Source: a bacterium | GTDB lineage: Bacteria > Zixibacteria > MSB-5A5 > GN15 > FEB-12 | Direction of reading: 5' to 3' | Assembly (NCBI GenBank): GCA_043811375.1 | Contig: JBDRNJ010000084.1 | Location: forward strand, 32,001 to 96,000 | DNA length: 64,000 bases | Shown here: positions 17,822 to 27,604 of the stretch, in pieces | Layout of the letters: every line of letters begins with the position of its first letter | Numbering within the stretch: position 1 is the first letter of the stretch | Translations under genes and position numbers: made by a program | The notes under the pieces: model-generated | Seen by the model: the letters and a program-made list of their open reading frames with translations, nothing else | Database searches by the model: none | Told to the model about the DNA's origin: nothing

Positions 17822-17960
17822 GGCCTGTTGATAAACCTAACAAACGTCATAGGGAGGGGACAAGTCCCCTTTATTGCCGTGGCTATCTCGTTAACATTCA
17901 ATATCCGAGATTGCCACGCTGTCGCTCGCAATGACGAGAATGGGACTTTTTCAACAAGCC
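17822..17960. mobile_element. MITE-like nested palindromic element
   Basis: Outer inverted repeat ggcctgttgataaa / tttttcaacaagcc (12/14). Inner inverted repeats cgtggctatctcg / cgagattgccacg (12/13) and cgtcat / atgacg. Confidence 0.6.
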
Positions 17961-18178
17961 ACAACAGGTGTGTATGTTCTCTCCAGGGTAATACATAAAG
18001 CACGTTAACTCCATGTGGGACAACAGGAATCACTCCCCGGCCGCACCGATTAAACCAATTTCTGGTGATAATAGGTTTTCGGCTCCAAGACGGAAGATCA
18101 TTGGTCAAACAGTGTTTGCTTTTTCTTATGCTGCAACGCCTAATTCCTGTTGAAAAACCGAATCATCAGGAGGCAAGA

Positions 18179-20380
18179 ATGCACTTTGCAGGCATCGTGA
18201 CGGCAATACTCTTAATGGCGACACCCGTAACAGCCGGACAGGATACTGATGTTCTCGAAAAAGCCCTGGGTGAAGCGGGCTTCACCCGCGCGGACCTAGG
18301 CTATCGACCGGCCGGGTACTGGAACCGGTTCCCGCTGGATATCCCACATCGCCTGACATCGTTTGACGCACTTTTTGCCGAGCCGCTCAAACTCTATGAC
18401 TACGCTACCGTCATGGCCAACACCGTCGAACTCTACCTTGACCCGGCTTACGCCGACAGCAGCCACGACGGACTGTACAAACTGGTGTACAACCTTGGTG
18501 TGGACAAAAAACTCGGCGGCTTTAGATCGTATTCGGCCAACCTGCTCCCGGCTCCCGATGGACCCGAACCGCTAGTGTCTGCAATTGAGCAGTTGTTTCA
18601 ACTGGCTGACCGACAGATCGAGTTCAATACCTTCGGTGCCCGCGCTGTGTGGCCGGACATCAAGAAGGAGATACGTGACGGCATCGTCGATCTGCCCGAT
18701 TCAGTGAGATTGATTCTGGCCCAACTGATCGTCAATCTACGCGAGGCAATTAAGTGGCGCGATCTGGCGTTCCGCAACTGCGATCCGAGCGATATGCAGA
18801 AAGCCTACGAAATTCGCGATCTGGGCAGCACCCAGTCGGATGGGATGATCTACTACCCGGAGCTGGACGATATCGCCGCCGTTATTGACTGGGCTTCGTT
18901 GCACTATGCTGCTCTCAAGGTTGCGGCCACAGCCGAGAAAGCCGAGGCGGCGCTGATGCCGTTTAAGAAACAGGTACCGAAAGATTTTCAATGGGAACTA
19001 CCGACTCCTTTCGGCAAGATTGCCGTTTTCTCATCAGTGTACAAAACGGAGAAGATTCCTCCGCCGAAAATGTTTTCAATGCTGCGAGCCTCGATCCCCG
19101 ACTGGATGGAATACGACGCCGACAATTCGCTGCTGATAATCGACTTCGGTCGCAACATCATCTATCAGGGAACACCCGGCGCGACGGCATCGCTGTCGAA
19201 TCCGATTTCAGTGCTGATTGACCTGGGCGGGGACGACTACTACGGCTATCAACGTCACAGTTATCCCCCATCGGCCGGTGTGGGACTGCTCGGGGTGGGC
19301 CTGGTGATCGACAGTGAAGGTGACGACCGGTACACCGGTTCCGTCTGCACGCAGGGAATGGGGATGTTCGGTGTCGGTGTCCTCCTTGACAGAAACGGTA
19401 ATGACAAGTACCAGGCGGACCTGTCCGCGCAGGGATGCGGTTATTTCGGCATCGGTCTCTGCCTTGACGGCACCGGTAAAGACGACTACTACCTGTGCGG
19501 CAGCGGCCAGGGGCTGGGCGGAGTCGGCGGCGGCGTTGGTGTTTGTGCGTCATTCGACGGCGATGACAAGTACACCGCTGAACCGTATGCCGAGGTGTAC
19601 AATCGCGGCGACTACCACAGCGAGCACAAGATCAACGGCAACGAGGCCCAGGGGGCCGGGTTCGGGCGGCGCGGCGATGGTTCCGACGGTCACGCTTGGG
19701 CCGGTGGGCTGGGGGCGATTATCGACATCAATGGCAACGACCACTACTACTCCGGCAACTGGACATTGGGTGTCGGTTACTGGTTTTCTACCGGTATCGC
19801 GGTTGACCGCAGCGGTGACGATGTTTACGAATCATGTTACTTCACCCAGGGTTCCGGTGCTCACTTCTGCAATGGGATACTGATCGACGAGTCCGGTGAT
19901 GATCGCCACGAACTGTATGAAACCGCCGGGGCCGGACTGGGCTTCGGCTGGGATTTCACCAACGCTTTCCTGATTAACAAGGGTGGCAATGACACCTACC
20001 GCGCCAAAATCATCTCGATGGGCCTGGCGCAGATACGCTCCAATGCTTTCCTGATCGATATCGGCGGCGATGACCGATATTTCCTCGGCGACGGCACACC
20101 CGGCCTGGGCGAAGCCAGCTACCGTCAAGGGTACGACAAACCGGGACGTCTGACCAGCTACTACAGCTATGCCAAGTCATTCGGTGGCCTTATCGATATC
20201 GGAGGTAGCGACAGGTACTACCTGGTTAAGGATGACGAAGAATCAACACATCCGGGAGCGAAGGACAATCATACCTGGTTTAAGCCCGCCAAAACTGATT
20301 CACTCTATGGCTTTGACAACTACGGGGTCGGTATCGACATCGACAGCGGCACCATCCCTGAGTTTTTCAAGTGGGAGTGA
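18179..20380 (+). CDS. Secreted protein with Gly-rich D-x-x-G-D/N-D-x-Y repeats
   Basis: AGGAGG RBS, signal peptide, and about 10 repeats of Q-G-x-G-x-x-G-x-G-x-x-x-D-x-x-G-[DN]-D-x-Y in the C-terminal half. Confidence 0.8.
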   Translation: MHFAGIVTAILLMATPVTAGQDTDVLEKALGEAGFTRADLGYRPAGYWNRFPLDIPHRLTSFDALFAEPLKLYDYATVMANTVELYLDPAYADSSHDGLYKLVYNLGVDKKLGGFRSYSANLLPAPDGPEPLVSAIEQLFQLADRQIEFNTFGARAVWPDIKKEIRDGIVDLPDSVRLILAQLIVNLREAIKWRDLAFRNCDPSDMQKAYEIRDLGSTQSDGMIYYPELDDIAAVIDWASLHYAALKVAATAEKAEAALMPFKKQVPKDFQWELPTPFGKIAVFSSVYKTEKIPPPKMFSMLRASIPDWMEYDADNSLLIIDFGRNIIYQGTPGATASLSNPISVLIDLGGDDYYGYQRHSYPPSAGVGLLGVGLVIDSEGDDRYTGSVCTQGMGMFGVGVLLDRNGNDKYQADLSAQGCGYFGIGLCLDGTGKDDYYLCGSGQGLGGVGGGVGVCASFDGDDKYTAEPYAEVYNRGDYHSEHKINGNEAQGAGFGRRGDGSDGHAWAGGLGAIIDINGNDHYYSGNWTLGVGYWFSTGIAVDRSGDDVYESCYFTQGSGAHFCNGILIDESGDDRHELYETAGAGLGFGWDFTNAFLINKGGNDTYRAKIISMGLAQIRSNAFLIDIGGDDRYFLGDGTPGLGEASYRQGYDKPGRLTSYYSYAKSFGGLIDIGGSDRYYLVKDDEESTHPGAKDNHTWFKPAKTDSLYGFDNYGVGIDIDSGTIPEFFKWE

Positions 20381-21120
20381 GTGATGGTTGGCGGGTTGTG
20401 ATCAGCATGTCCGGTACGGTCCATGCAGACGTAAAAACCCGGATCAACATAGAGATAAGGGAAGTCATCCGGATGTTCTAGCAGGATTTCTTTTACCACG
20501 TCATAGACTTGCCATACCGGGTACGGGTTGAACACAGGTATTCTGTATCTGACGATAGTCCAGTCAGAGTACTGAGATTCAGTCACCGTCCGGACCGCCC
20601 AATTGGGAGCAATCATAACGTGACTTATCAGATCAGTAACTCCGTTAATGTAGTCCCGCTCGGTCTGCTCGGTGAAGGTGTCACCCGGGTAAAAGAAAAC
20701 GAAATCAATCGAGTCCGTAAGCGTATAGTCGTACACGATCCTTAGCGGCAAGGACGTGTCTCGCGCGACATAAACATTCTGGAATGTGTCCGGTCGGGTG
20801 TGGGCAGTGTTGACAACAACCCAATACGGTCCGGGATCAAGCAGTATGTCAAAGCCGGACGAGTCATCGGTCTCGAATGTGTAGGACAGACCACTGAGCC
20901 GCACAAACGAGACGGTTGCCTTCTTGCCGGTCCAGACTGTATATCTGGGGTCGACACCGGAGTTGTTCCACATGTCGCATACACCACAGTAATACGCCTC
21001 TACTTGTCCCGTTATGTGGATTGTATTATCCGGACAGATAACTGTCCGCTGTGTATCGCAGCACCCGGTTAGCACTACGATCGCGCTGACGACCAGCACG
21101 ATTCTAATTCGACTCACCAT
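20320..21120 (-). CDS. Hypothetical lipoprotein
   Basis: GGAGGG RBS before ATG 21120 and lipobox LTGC. The 3' end overlaps the convergent gene by about 60 nt. Confidence 0.65.
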   Translation of the reverse strand: MVSRIRIVLVVSAIVVLTGCCDTQRTVICPDNTIHITGQVEAYYCGVCDMWNNSGVDPRYTVWTGKKATVSFVRLSGLSYTFETDDSSGFDILLDPGPYWVVVNTAHTRPDTFQNVYVARDTSLPLRIVYDYTLTDSIDFVFFYPGDTFTEQTERDYINGVTDLISHVMIAPNWAVRTVTESQYSDWTIVRYRIPVFNPYPVWQVYDVVKEILLEHPDDFPYLYVDPGFYVCMDRTGHADHNPPTITHSHLKNSGMVPLSMSIPTP

Positions 21121-21336
21121 AATCCCCTCCATTGATCGCCTGTTGCCACCCTTCCGGGTGACAGTCGGTTTATAGTCCAAATCCGCAGAAAACACCACTT
21201 GTATAGACGCGGGCCTGCAATTTGTGTTTAATGCCCCCCTCACAAACACGGTGCCGGGCCGGGATCACCCATGAATATGTTAGCGACACAGTTGCTTGTA
21301 CACACAATTAGTTCCTTGTGCCGGACCTGCCGGTAT

Positions 21337-22713
21337 TTACGGCTTCAACCTCCGCCGCAGGCGGGCGCAGAAAGTGCCGTCCATTCCCTGTAGATCGGGA
21401 TAGGTTTTTACAAAACCGCGCTCGCTGACCAATTCATCATCAAAATAATCACTGGCGGAATCAATCTCGAAATCGTCGTGGCGCAACAGGAACTCTTCTA
21501 CGACCTGGTCGTTCTCGTCACGAATAATGGTACAGGTCGAGTACACCAGCACGCCGCCGGGCTTAACCAGGGTGGCTGCCTTGCGCAGCATTTTACCCTG
21601 AATACGGACCAGATTGGCAATGTCCTCTGGTGTCTTGACCCAGCGCAGGTCGGAGTGTTTACCGGCCGTGCCCCACCCGGAACATGGCGGGTCCAGCAAG
21701 ACCCGATCGAAGGGTCCACCGGAGAAATTCAGCATGTCGGTTACGACGGGCGATATGATCTTGATTCCCAGGCGGTTGGCGTTCTCCTCCAGTAACTGAA
21801 GGCGTTGACGCGATTTGTCCACTGCCGTTACCCGCCCGCGATTGCGCATTCGGACGGCAATATGCGTAGCTTTGCCGCCCGGGGCGGCCGTCAGATCGAT
21901 GACGTTGCCGTTGGGTCGCGGATTCAGCAGCCGCACCGGCAAACCGGCGGACTCGTCCTGGACCATGACTTTGCCCGTTTTCAACAACTCTTCTTCCAGC
22001 GGCAGGCCGCTGTCGTTGATGTGAATGAATTCCGGCAGATAACGACCGACGGAGCAGGAAATATCGTGGCTGCGAAGAATCTCCAGCACTTCCTCCGGCT
22101 TGGCTTTCACGTAATTGACGCGATAGGTGACGTGAGGTGGTTCGTTGAACCGGATCAGAAGCTGTTCGGTTTTGTCGAAGCCGAATTCCTTCAGACAGTG
22201 ATTGACAAAGTAATCGGGCTGGCTGTAGTAATCAGCCAGGTACTTGGCGGGATTGTCCCGGCGGGAAACAAATCTGACCCGGTCCGGTTCGCGCAGACAG
22301 GTTCGCATCACGGCGTTAACCAGATTGGCGCGCCGACGGTCGGTCATGTGCAGGGCCAGGTTGACCGATTCCGAAACAGCCGCTGCATCCGGAATGCGAT
22401 CGGTGAAATGAAGCTGGTAGAAGCCTAACCTCAGGATAGTGTTGAGAATGAGCGGCAGCTTCTGTGATGGTCGGGCCAGGTAGAACTTTATCTCGTGGTC
22501 CAGGCGGCGCTGCATCTTGGTGGTGCCATTGACCAGTTGCAGCAGGAAGCGTCGGTCGAGTGAGCGGAAATTTTTCCCCTCAGTGACATGCCGCACCGCT
22601 TCATCCGGCTGCTCACCCTGCTGTATCAGGATAAGGGCTTCCACGGCCGCAGCCCGTACGGGATCGAACGGGGATGTCCGGGGAGTCGCGGCTGATGACG
22701 TTTCGTCGTTCAT
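21337..22713 (-). CDS. rsmB: 16S rRNA m5C967 methyltransferase RsmB
   Basis: NusB-like N-domain (ILRLGFYQL, AAVSESV), then QD, AAPGGK, DPPCSG and YSTCT. Confidence 0.95.
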   Translation of the reverse strand: MNDETSSAATPRTSPFDPVRAAAVEALILIQQGEQPDEAVRHVTEGKNFRSLDRRFLLQLVNGTTKMQRRLDHEIKFYLARPSQKLPLILNTILRLGFYQLHFTDRIPDAAAVSESVNLALHMTDRRRANLVNAVMRTCLREPDRVRFVSRRDNPAKYLADYYSQPDYFVNHCLKEFGFDKTEQLLIRFNEPPHVTYRVNYVKAKPEEVLEILRSHDISCSVGRYLPEFIHINDSGLPLEEELLKTGKVMVQDESAGLPVRLLNPRPNGNVIDLTAAPGGKATHIAVRMRNRGRVTAVDKSRQRLQLLEENANRLGIKIISPVVTDMLNFSGGPFDRVLLDPPCSGWGTAGKHSDLRWVKTPEDIANLVRIQGKMLRKAATLVKPGGVLVYSTCTIIRDENDQVVEEFLLRHDDFEIDSASDYFDDELVSERGFVKTYPDLQGMDGTFCARLRRRLKP

Positions 22714-25211
22714 TAGATATCCATAGCGCTTATCTTTTGTTCCTGCTCATCAAGACGATAAAGCTCCCGACGATGGATGCAATAAGACAACTGTTTGATG
22801 TCCCGACCGGTGTCGAGTAATTGCAGTACTTCCACCGGGCGCACATAGCCGCCATCGCCAATCCCCAGGATCATCACCAGATTCTCGTCCTCAGCAATAA
22901 TGTCGTAGAGCGCGGGACGGATATCAACGGTTTTGGTTCCACTCTTTCCGATCCGCTCCACAAAGAGCCGATTCTCCCTTAGCAATCGGCTGAAATCGAT
23001 GTCACTACCGTCATTGAGTGCTGCCAACGGCAGAGAATAGACGACACGATTGAGTGCCGATGAGAGCGACCGGCTTTTTGCCAGAACGGTCCTGGCCTCG
23101 AAGACCTCCATCCCGTCGGGCAGAGCCTGTTTCAGTTTATCGATCATATCGGGTATCAAATTGGTCTCCAGCGTAATATCGACCAGTTCCGCCTCCGAGG
23201 TAAACCCCAGCGGCAGGGGTGGCCCAAAAGACAGTTTCATGCCGGGATTGAAACCCTGGCTGTAAGCAACCGGAAGACCGGCCCGCCTCAGGGCGCGCTC
23301 AAAAGCACGGATATTGTCCAGGTGCGACATAAAGCGATAGCTCCGGTCCTTTCCCCAGCGAATGCGGACGCGGTTTTTTGTCGGCGCCACCGGACTGCGG
23401 TCGGCTGCCTTTTTCTTGCCCCGACCAAACTCCATCTGCGGCGTGGGTCGGCCGGTTTCAACTGTCGGCGGAGATGGCTCCGGTGACGGCTGACCCGATT
23501 CCGAAAGGTGACGTTGCCGCTCCTTCAGCAGATGTGCCGGTGACGGGCCTTTTTCGATGTGCGACCAGGGCAACTCAGCGGTGAAGGGGATTTCTTTTAA
23601 TGTCTGCTCCATCTCGATCTTGTTTTCCTGCAGGGCGGTCAGCCATTTGGACGGCTCGAATTCCTCGCTCCAGGCATCGAAGCGGCAGCCGTCACGGTTG
23701 GCGGACAGGATAACGTTGCCCATTTCACGTCCGCCGCGTACCAGCAGCATCTGCAGCATGGCTGATTCGCAGGAGTTGTGCTTGAAATGCACCGGTCGGT
23801 GACGACAGCGTCTCTTGACAAAACTCAGTCGGCGCAGGATCTCCTCCGGGCGCAACATCTCATCCCATTGAAATGGCGTGTGCGGTTCCGGAATGAACGG
23901 AGACAGGGTGACTTTGATTGATTTCTTGCCCTGACCGGCGCGACCGATATCGCTCACCGCCTCAATGATCTTGACTATCCCCTGTAAATCTTCTTCGGTT
24001 TCGGTGGGCAGGCCAATCATGAAATACAGCTTGACCGAGGTCCAGCCCTTCTGAAAAGCCATCTGCACCGTCTCATAGATTTCTTCGTCAGAAATATCTT
24101 TGCGAATGAATCGTCGCAGCCGCCGGGTGCCCGCCTCGGGCGCTATCGTCAGTCCTGCTCGACGCACGCGCCGGATGGCATCCAGCAACGGGGCTTTGAT
24201 CGTGCCCGGCCGCAGGGAAGGCATTGAAATCGAGACTCGCGATGGTTCCAGACGCCGGGACAAAGTGGTGGCGAGTTGCTCGATATTGGGATAATCCGAT
24301 GTCGACAGAGACACCAGGGAAACTTCGTCGTAGCCGGATGCAGCGAGTTGCTGTGTAATCTGGTTGATTACATCGTGCTGCGGTCGCGGTCGCACCGGTC
24401 GGTAAATCGGCCCCGCCTGGCAGAAACGGCAACCGCCGGGACAACCGCGCATAATCTCCACGCTGAGATGGTTGTGCACCGTCTCGATCAAAGGCACCAG
24501 TGGTTGATCGGGGAAGTACTCCGGTTTCAGTTCTTTTATAACGCGCGCGCGAATCCGCTCCGGGGCAAAATCAACCAGGGGTCGCCGGTCCGCGTCATAA
24601 AACCGGGGTACGTAGACTGACTCCACCTGCCGGACGATCTGCTCCAACTTGTCCTGCCGCGAGGCTGATTTCATATTATAGAGAATCTGAAGGATTTCCG
24701 GCAGCCCTTCCTCGGCGTCCCCAATGAAAAACAGATCTACAAAATCAGCTATCGGTTCCGGGTTGTACACGGCCGGACCTCCAGCCAGAATCAGCGGTTG
24801 TTCGTCAGTGCGGTCTAAACTGCATAACGGAATACCGGCCAGGTCGAGCATAGCCAGCAGGTTGGTAAAAACCAGCGGATAGGTCAGACTGAAACCGATG
24901 GCGTCAAATTCTGCCGCCGGACGCTTTGACTCCAGTGAGAACAGTCGGATGTTCTCCCGGCGCATGATCTGTTCGGCATCGCGGTCGACGGCAAAAACCC
25001 GCTCGCATAAAAATCTATCATCCTTGTTTATAATGTGATACAGGCTCTGCAAGCCGATAAAGGAATGGCCGATTTCATACTTGTCGGGGAAGGCGTGTAA
25101 GTAGCTGAGGCGATCGGTCGGATCTTTTACGATCTGTCCCGGTTCACCACCGGCATAGCGGCCCGGTTTTATGACAAACGGGAAAAACTTCTTCTCCAGC
25201 AGGTCTTTCAT
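22713..25211 (-). CDS. TIGR03960-type radical SAM protein fused to a DUF2344/TIGR03936 domain
   Basis: KPGRYAGGE, FPDKYEIG and RGCPGGCRFCQAG (CxxxCxxC). C-terminal domain has RFMSHLD...RALRRA...YSQGFNP...SFGPPLPLG. The promoter at 25255-25283 supports ATG 25211. Confidence 0.9.
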   Translation of the reverse strand: MKDLLEKKFFPFVIKPGRYAGGEPGQIVKDPTDRLSYLHAFPDKYEIGHSFIGLQSLYHIINKDDRFLCERVFAVDRDAEQIMRRENIRLFSLESKRPAAEFDAIGFSLTYPLVFTNLLAMLDLAGIPLCSLDRTDEQPLILAGGPAVYNPEPIADFVDLFFIGDAEEGLPEILQILYNMKSASRQDKLEQIVRQVESVYVPRFYDADRRPLVDFAPERIRARVIKELKPEYFPDQPLVPLIETVHNHLSVEIMRGCPGGCRFCQAGPIYRPVRPRPQHDVINQITQQLAASGYDEVSLVSLSTSDYPNIEQLATTLSRRLEPSRVSISMPSLRPGTIKAPLLDAIRRVRRAGLTIAPEAGTRRLRRFIRKDISDEEIYETVQMAFQKGWTSVKLYFMIGLPTETEEDLQGIVKIIEAVSDIGRAGQGKKSIKVTLSPFIPEPHTPFQWDEMLRPEEILRRLSFVKRRCRHRPVHFKHNSCESAMLQMLLVRGGREMGNVILSANRDGCRFDAWSEEFEPSKWLTALQENKIEMEQTLKEIPFTAELPWSHIEKGPSPAHLLKERQRHLSESGQPSPEPSPPTVETGRPTPQMEFGRGKKKAADRSPVAPTKNRVRIRWGKDRSYRFMSHLDNIRAFERALRRAGLPVAYSQGFNPGMKLSFGPPLPLGFTSEAELVDITLETNLIPDMIDKLKQALPDGMEVFEARTVLAKSRSLSSALNRVVYSLPLAALNDGSDIDFSRLLRENRLFVERIGKSGTKTVDIRPALYDIIAEDENLVMILGIGDGGYVRPVEVLQLLDTGRDIKQLSYCIHRRELYRLDEQEQKISAMDI

Positions 25212-25254
25212 CAGTTCCGAAGTGCTACGGGTTCTTGTTAACCGCTTTATGTTA

Positions 25255-25283
25255 AGATAGGCGTTCTTACCGTGATCGGCAAG
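25255..25283 (-). promoter_or_regulatory. Sigma70 promoter of the radical SAM-rsmB operon
   Basis: Minus strand TTGCCG-17 bp-TATCTT. Confidence 0.5.
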
Positions 25284-25394
25284 CAAGTCATGCAACGGAT
25301 ACCGATTGGGTAGTTAAGGACGATTCTTCCCCACCCTTGCCGATTGCCGTTGGTCGGAGTCAAGTTCTGCCGGGAGATACCGTTATAAAAGTAT

Positions 25395-26339
25395 ATGGAC
25401 TATGCCCATTGCCAACACCTGCTACACTATGCCATTATCGAGCAGCTCGGCGAAGGACCCAGCGGGGTGGTGTTTCGAGCCTGGGATACGGTGCAGCAGC
25501 GTTTTGTGGCCGTAAAACAACTGCGGCCGGAGCTGACGGCCGAGGTGGCTTTCCGTGCTCACTGCTTGACGGCCATCCGGACCTTGAAGCATTGCACTCA
25601 CCCCGGCATAAGCCCGGTTTACGATATTCAAACCGATAACGACCCCTATCTAATTGTCACAGAATACATTAAGGGCGACTCATTGCGGGGAATAATCGAA
25701 CGCGGCCCACTGGATAATCACCGCTTTCTCTATTATGCCGGACAGATAGCCGAGGCGCTCACTTTTGCCCATCGACAACTGATCCCCCATGGCAACATCA
25801 AGCCGTCCAATATCATCGTGGCTGCCGACGGACGCCTGTGGTTGACCGATTTTGGGCTGAACTGCGGCACAGTCGGCGGCAATGCCGATCTCAGTCGACT
25901 TACCCCACAGACAGCCTGCTATCTGGCGCCGGAGCAGATAACCGGTGAACAGACTACACCACTGACGGATTTCTTTTCGTTGGGTACGCTCGCATATGAA
26001 ATGTTGACCGGGCTCAACCCATTTGCCGCCGACACTGTCGAAACCGTCCACGAGAATATCCTCCGGGCAGAGCCTGATATCCAGGCACTGAGAGCCCGGA
26101 AGGTTCCGGGCGACACGATACTGATGATAGAAAAACTGCTGGCCAAAGACCCGTCCGAACGCTTCGGCAGCGGCGGTGAATTGACCGTGACCCTGCAGGT
26201 TATGCGCTCCTACGAGCGGCAATCACCCGATCAACCGTTCCTGAAAGTCAAACCAAATACCCCCCGCCAATACCTGATGTTATCAATGCTGGCGGCCTTG
26301 TTGATTATTCTGTGGTTAGTGATAACCACTTACCGGTAG
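25395..26339 (+). CDS. Hanks-type Ser/Thr kinase-fold protein with C-terminal TM anchor (probable pseudokinase)
   Basis: LGEGPSGVVF, VAVK, DFG and YLAPE are present, but the catalytic loop reads HGNIKPSN. The C-terminus is hydrophobic. Confidence 0.85.
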   Translation: MDYAHCQHLLHYAIIEQLGEGPSGVVFRAWDTVQQRFVAVKQLRPELTAEVAFRAHCLTAIRTLKHCTHPGISPVYDIQTDNDPYLIVTEYIKGDSLRGIIERGPLDNHRFLYYAGQIAEALTFAHRQLIPHGNIKPSNIIVAADGRLWLTDFGLNCGTVGGNADLSRLTPQTACYLAPEQITGEQTTPLTDFFSLGTLAYEMLTGLNPFAADTVETVHENILRAEPDIQALRARKVPGDTILMIEKLLAKDPSERFGSGGELTVTLQVMRSYERQSPDQPFLKVKPNTPRQYLMLSMLAALLIILWLVITTYR

Positions 26340-26390
26340 CTGAGTCCGCTCGGACACTCTGAAATCAGCTTGTTAGTTTTGTAGCCCCGA

Positions 26391-26418
26391 GTAGGGCGGG
26401 TCCGTCTGCGAACCCGCC
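26391..26418 (+). repeat. REP element, left flank of RAYT
   Basis: GTAG plus hairpin ggcgggtccg-tctg-cgaacccgcc. Confidence 0.88.
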
Positions 26419-26433
26419 TTCTCGGGTGACCGG

Positions 26434-26934
26434 TCATTCACCGAATTCGTCATCTCCAACCGTAATCTGGTTCTCTCCCCAATCGGCATTATAAACGCCT
26501 GCCCGCTGGAATCGCCGAAACGAAGAGAGACGCCACTTTCTCGGGGAATCCATCAATCCATGTCTAACGGGATTGTAATGAACGTAATCCACGTGTCGCT
26601 TCATGTCTTTCTCTGAACGGATGATGTGATCCCAATACCGTGGTTGCCATATGGGACCGTTTCTCCGCGACCGTCGTTGCCATTGCAGCGAGAATGAGAG
26701 TCTCACCCGCTGAACGATCCTGGAAATGTCTCCGTCCGGGCTGTCAATAATGGCATGGAGATGGTCGGGGAGAACCACCCAGGCGATCAGGGCAAACCGC
26801 GATTGCCTTACCGCCCTTCGTACGGCCCGAAGGAGTAACTCGGCATGTTGATCAAGAACCGGTTGCCTTCTGGCGGTAACAGCCGTTATGAAACAGCTTT
26901 GGCCCGGAGCGAAGTATCGGAGAAGTTTTGACAT
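26434..26934 (-). CDS. REP-associated tyrosine transposase (RAYT/TnpAREP, Y1 HUH)
   Basis: Motifs FITAVT, WVVLPDHLHAI (HUH), WQPRYWDHIIR, YVHYNPVRHG and W-x-x-SS, flanked by inverted GTAG-REPs. Confidence 0.93.
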   Translation of the reverse strand: MSKLLRYFAPGQSCFITAVTARRQPVLDQHAELLLRAVRRAVRQSRFALIAWVVLPDHLHAIIDSPDGDISRIVQRVRLSFSLQWQRRSRRNGPIWQPRYWDHIIRSEKDMKRHVDYVHYNPVRHGLMDSPRKWRLSSFRRFQRAGVYNADWGENQITVGDDEFGE

Positions 26935-26986
26935 GGAGTCAGGATAAGGTTCGACACTGACAGCAGGAGTCAGTCAATTTGACGAT

Positions 26987-27014
26987 GGCGGGTTCGAAGA
27001 CGGACCCGCCCTAC
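26987..27014 (-). repeat. REP element, right flank of RAYT
   Basis: Reverse complement gtagggcgggtccgtcttcgaacccgcc is 27/28 identical to the left REP. Confidence 0.88.
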
Positions 27015-27031
27015 TGATGTGGTTTTCCAAG

Positions 27032-27568
27032 TTATCTGTTCGTGGTCTCGAAGTCTGAGAGTAGATCAGGATTGAGAATGCGCTTAAGGCAATCTTTGGC
27101 AGAATGATAAGATTCATCCAATCCGCCCCAATCCAGAGTCTTCACCTCCGGAGGGTAGGATGACTTATTCACGTTGGTTAGTTCTTCATCGGGCAAATGA
27201 AACCATATTGCTTGCGATGCTCTTCTAAAAGAACCAAGTGCACCTTTCAACCCAAGCATCTGACCGTCATTAAGGTAGATAGATGCTGCGATCTTTGCCC
27301 TTTTGAATGAATCCACTTTTGCCCCGACGTTCTTGTTGTATTCACTCTTAGTCTCCGGTGGTGTGTTGCCGAAATCGACAAGTGCTTCATAGCAATCATT
27401 GAGGGTTGAATAAAGGTTAATCAGCGCTTCGGATTTTTTCCCCATGAAGAACTCAGCATACCAGCGTCTATCCTCCCGCTTTTGTCTCTCCAGTGCGAAA
27501 TGGTGTTGAAAATAGGATCCAGCCAATGCTGAAGCAGCAGTAAGTACTCCCACAAGTAATTCGTTCAC
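27032..27568 (-). CDS. Hypothetical protein with N-terminal TM segment, AT-richer than neighbours
   Basis: GTG start after GGAG, N-terminal hydrophobic segment followed by a charged helix. Confidence 0.7.
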   Translation of the reverse strand: MNELLVGVLTAASALAGSYFQHHFALERQKREDRRWYAEFFMGKKSEALINLYSTLNDCYEALVDFGNTPPETKSEYNKNVGAKVDSFKRAKIAASIYLNDGQMLGLKGALGSFRRASQAIWFHLPDEELTNVNKSSYPPEVKTLDWGGLDESYHSAKDCLKRILNPDLLSDFETTNR

Positions 27569-27604
27569 AACTTATTCTCCATTTCTACGTCTCGAACGTT
27601 ATTC

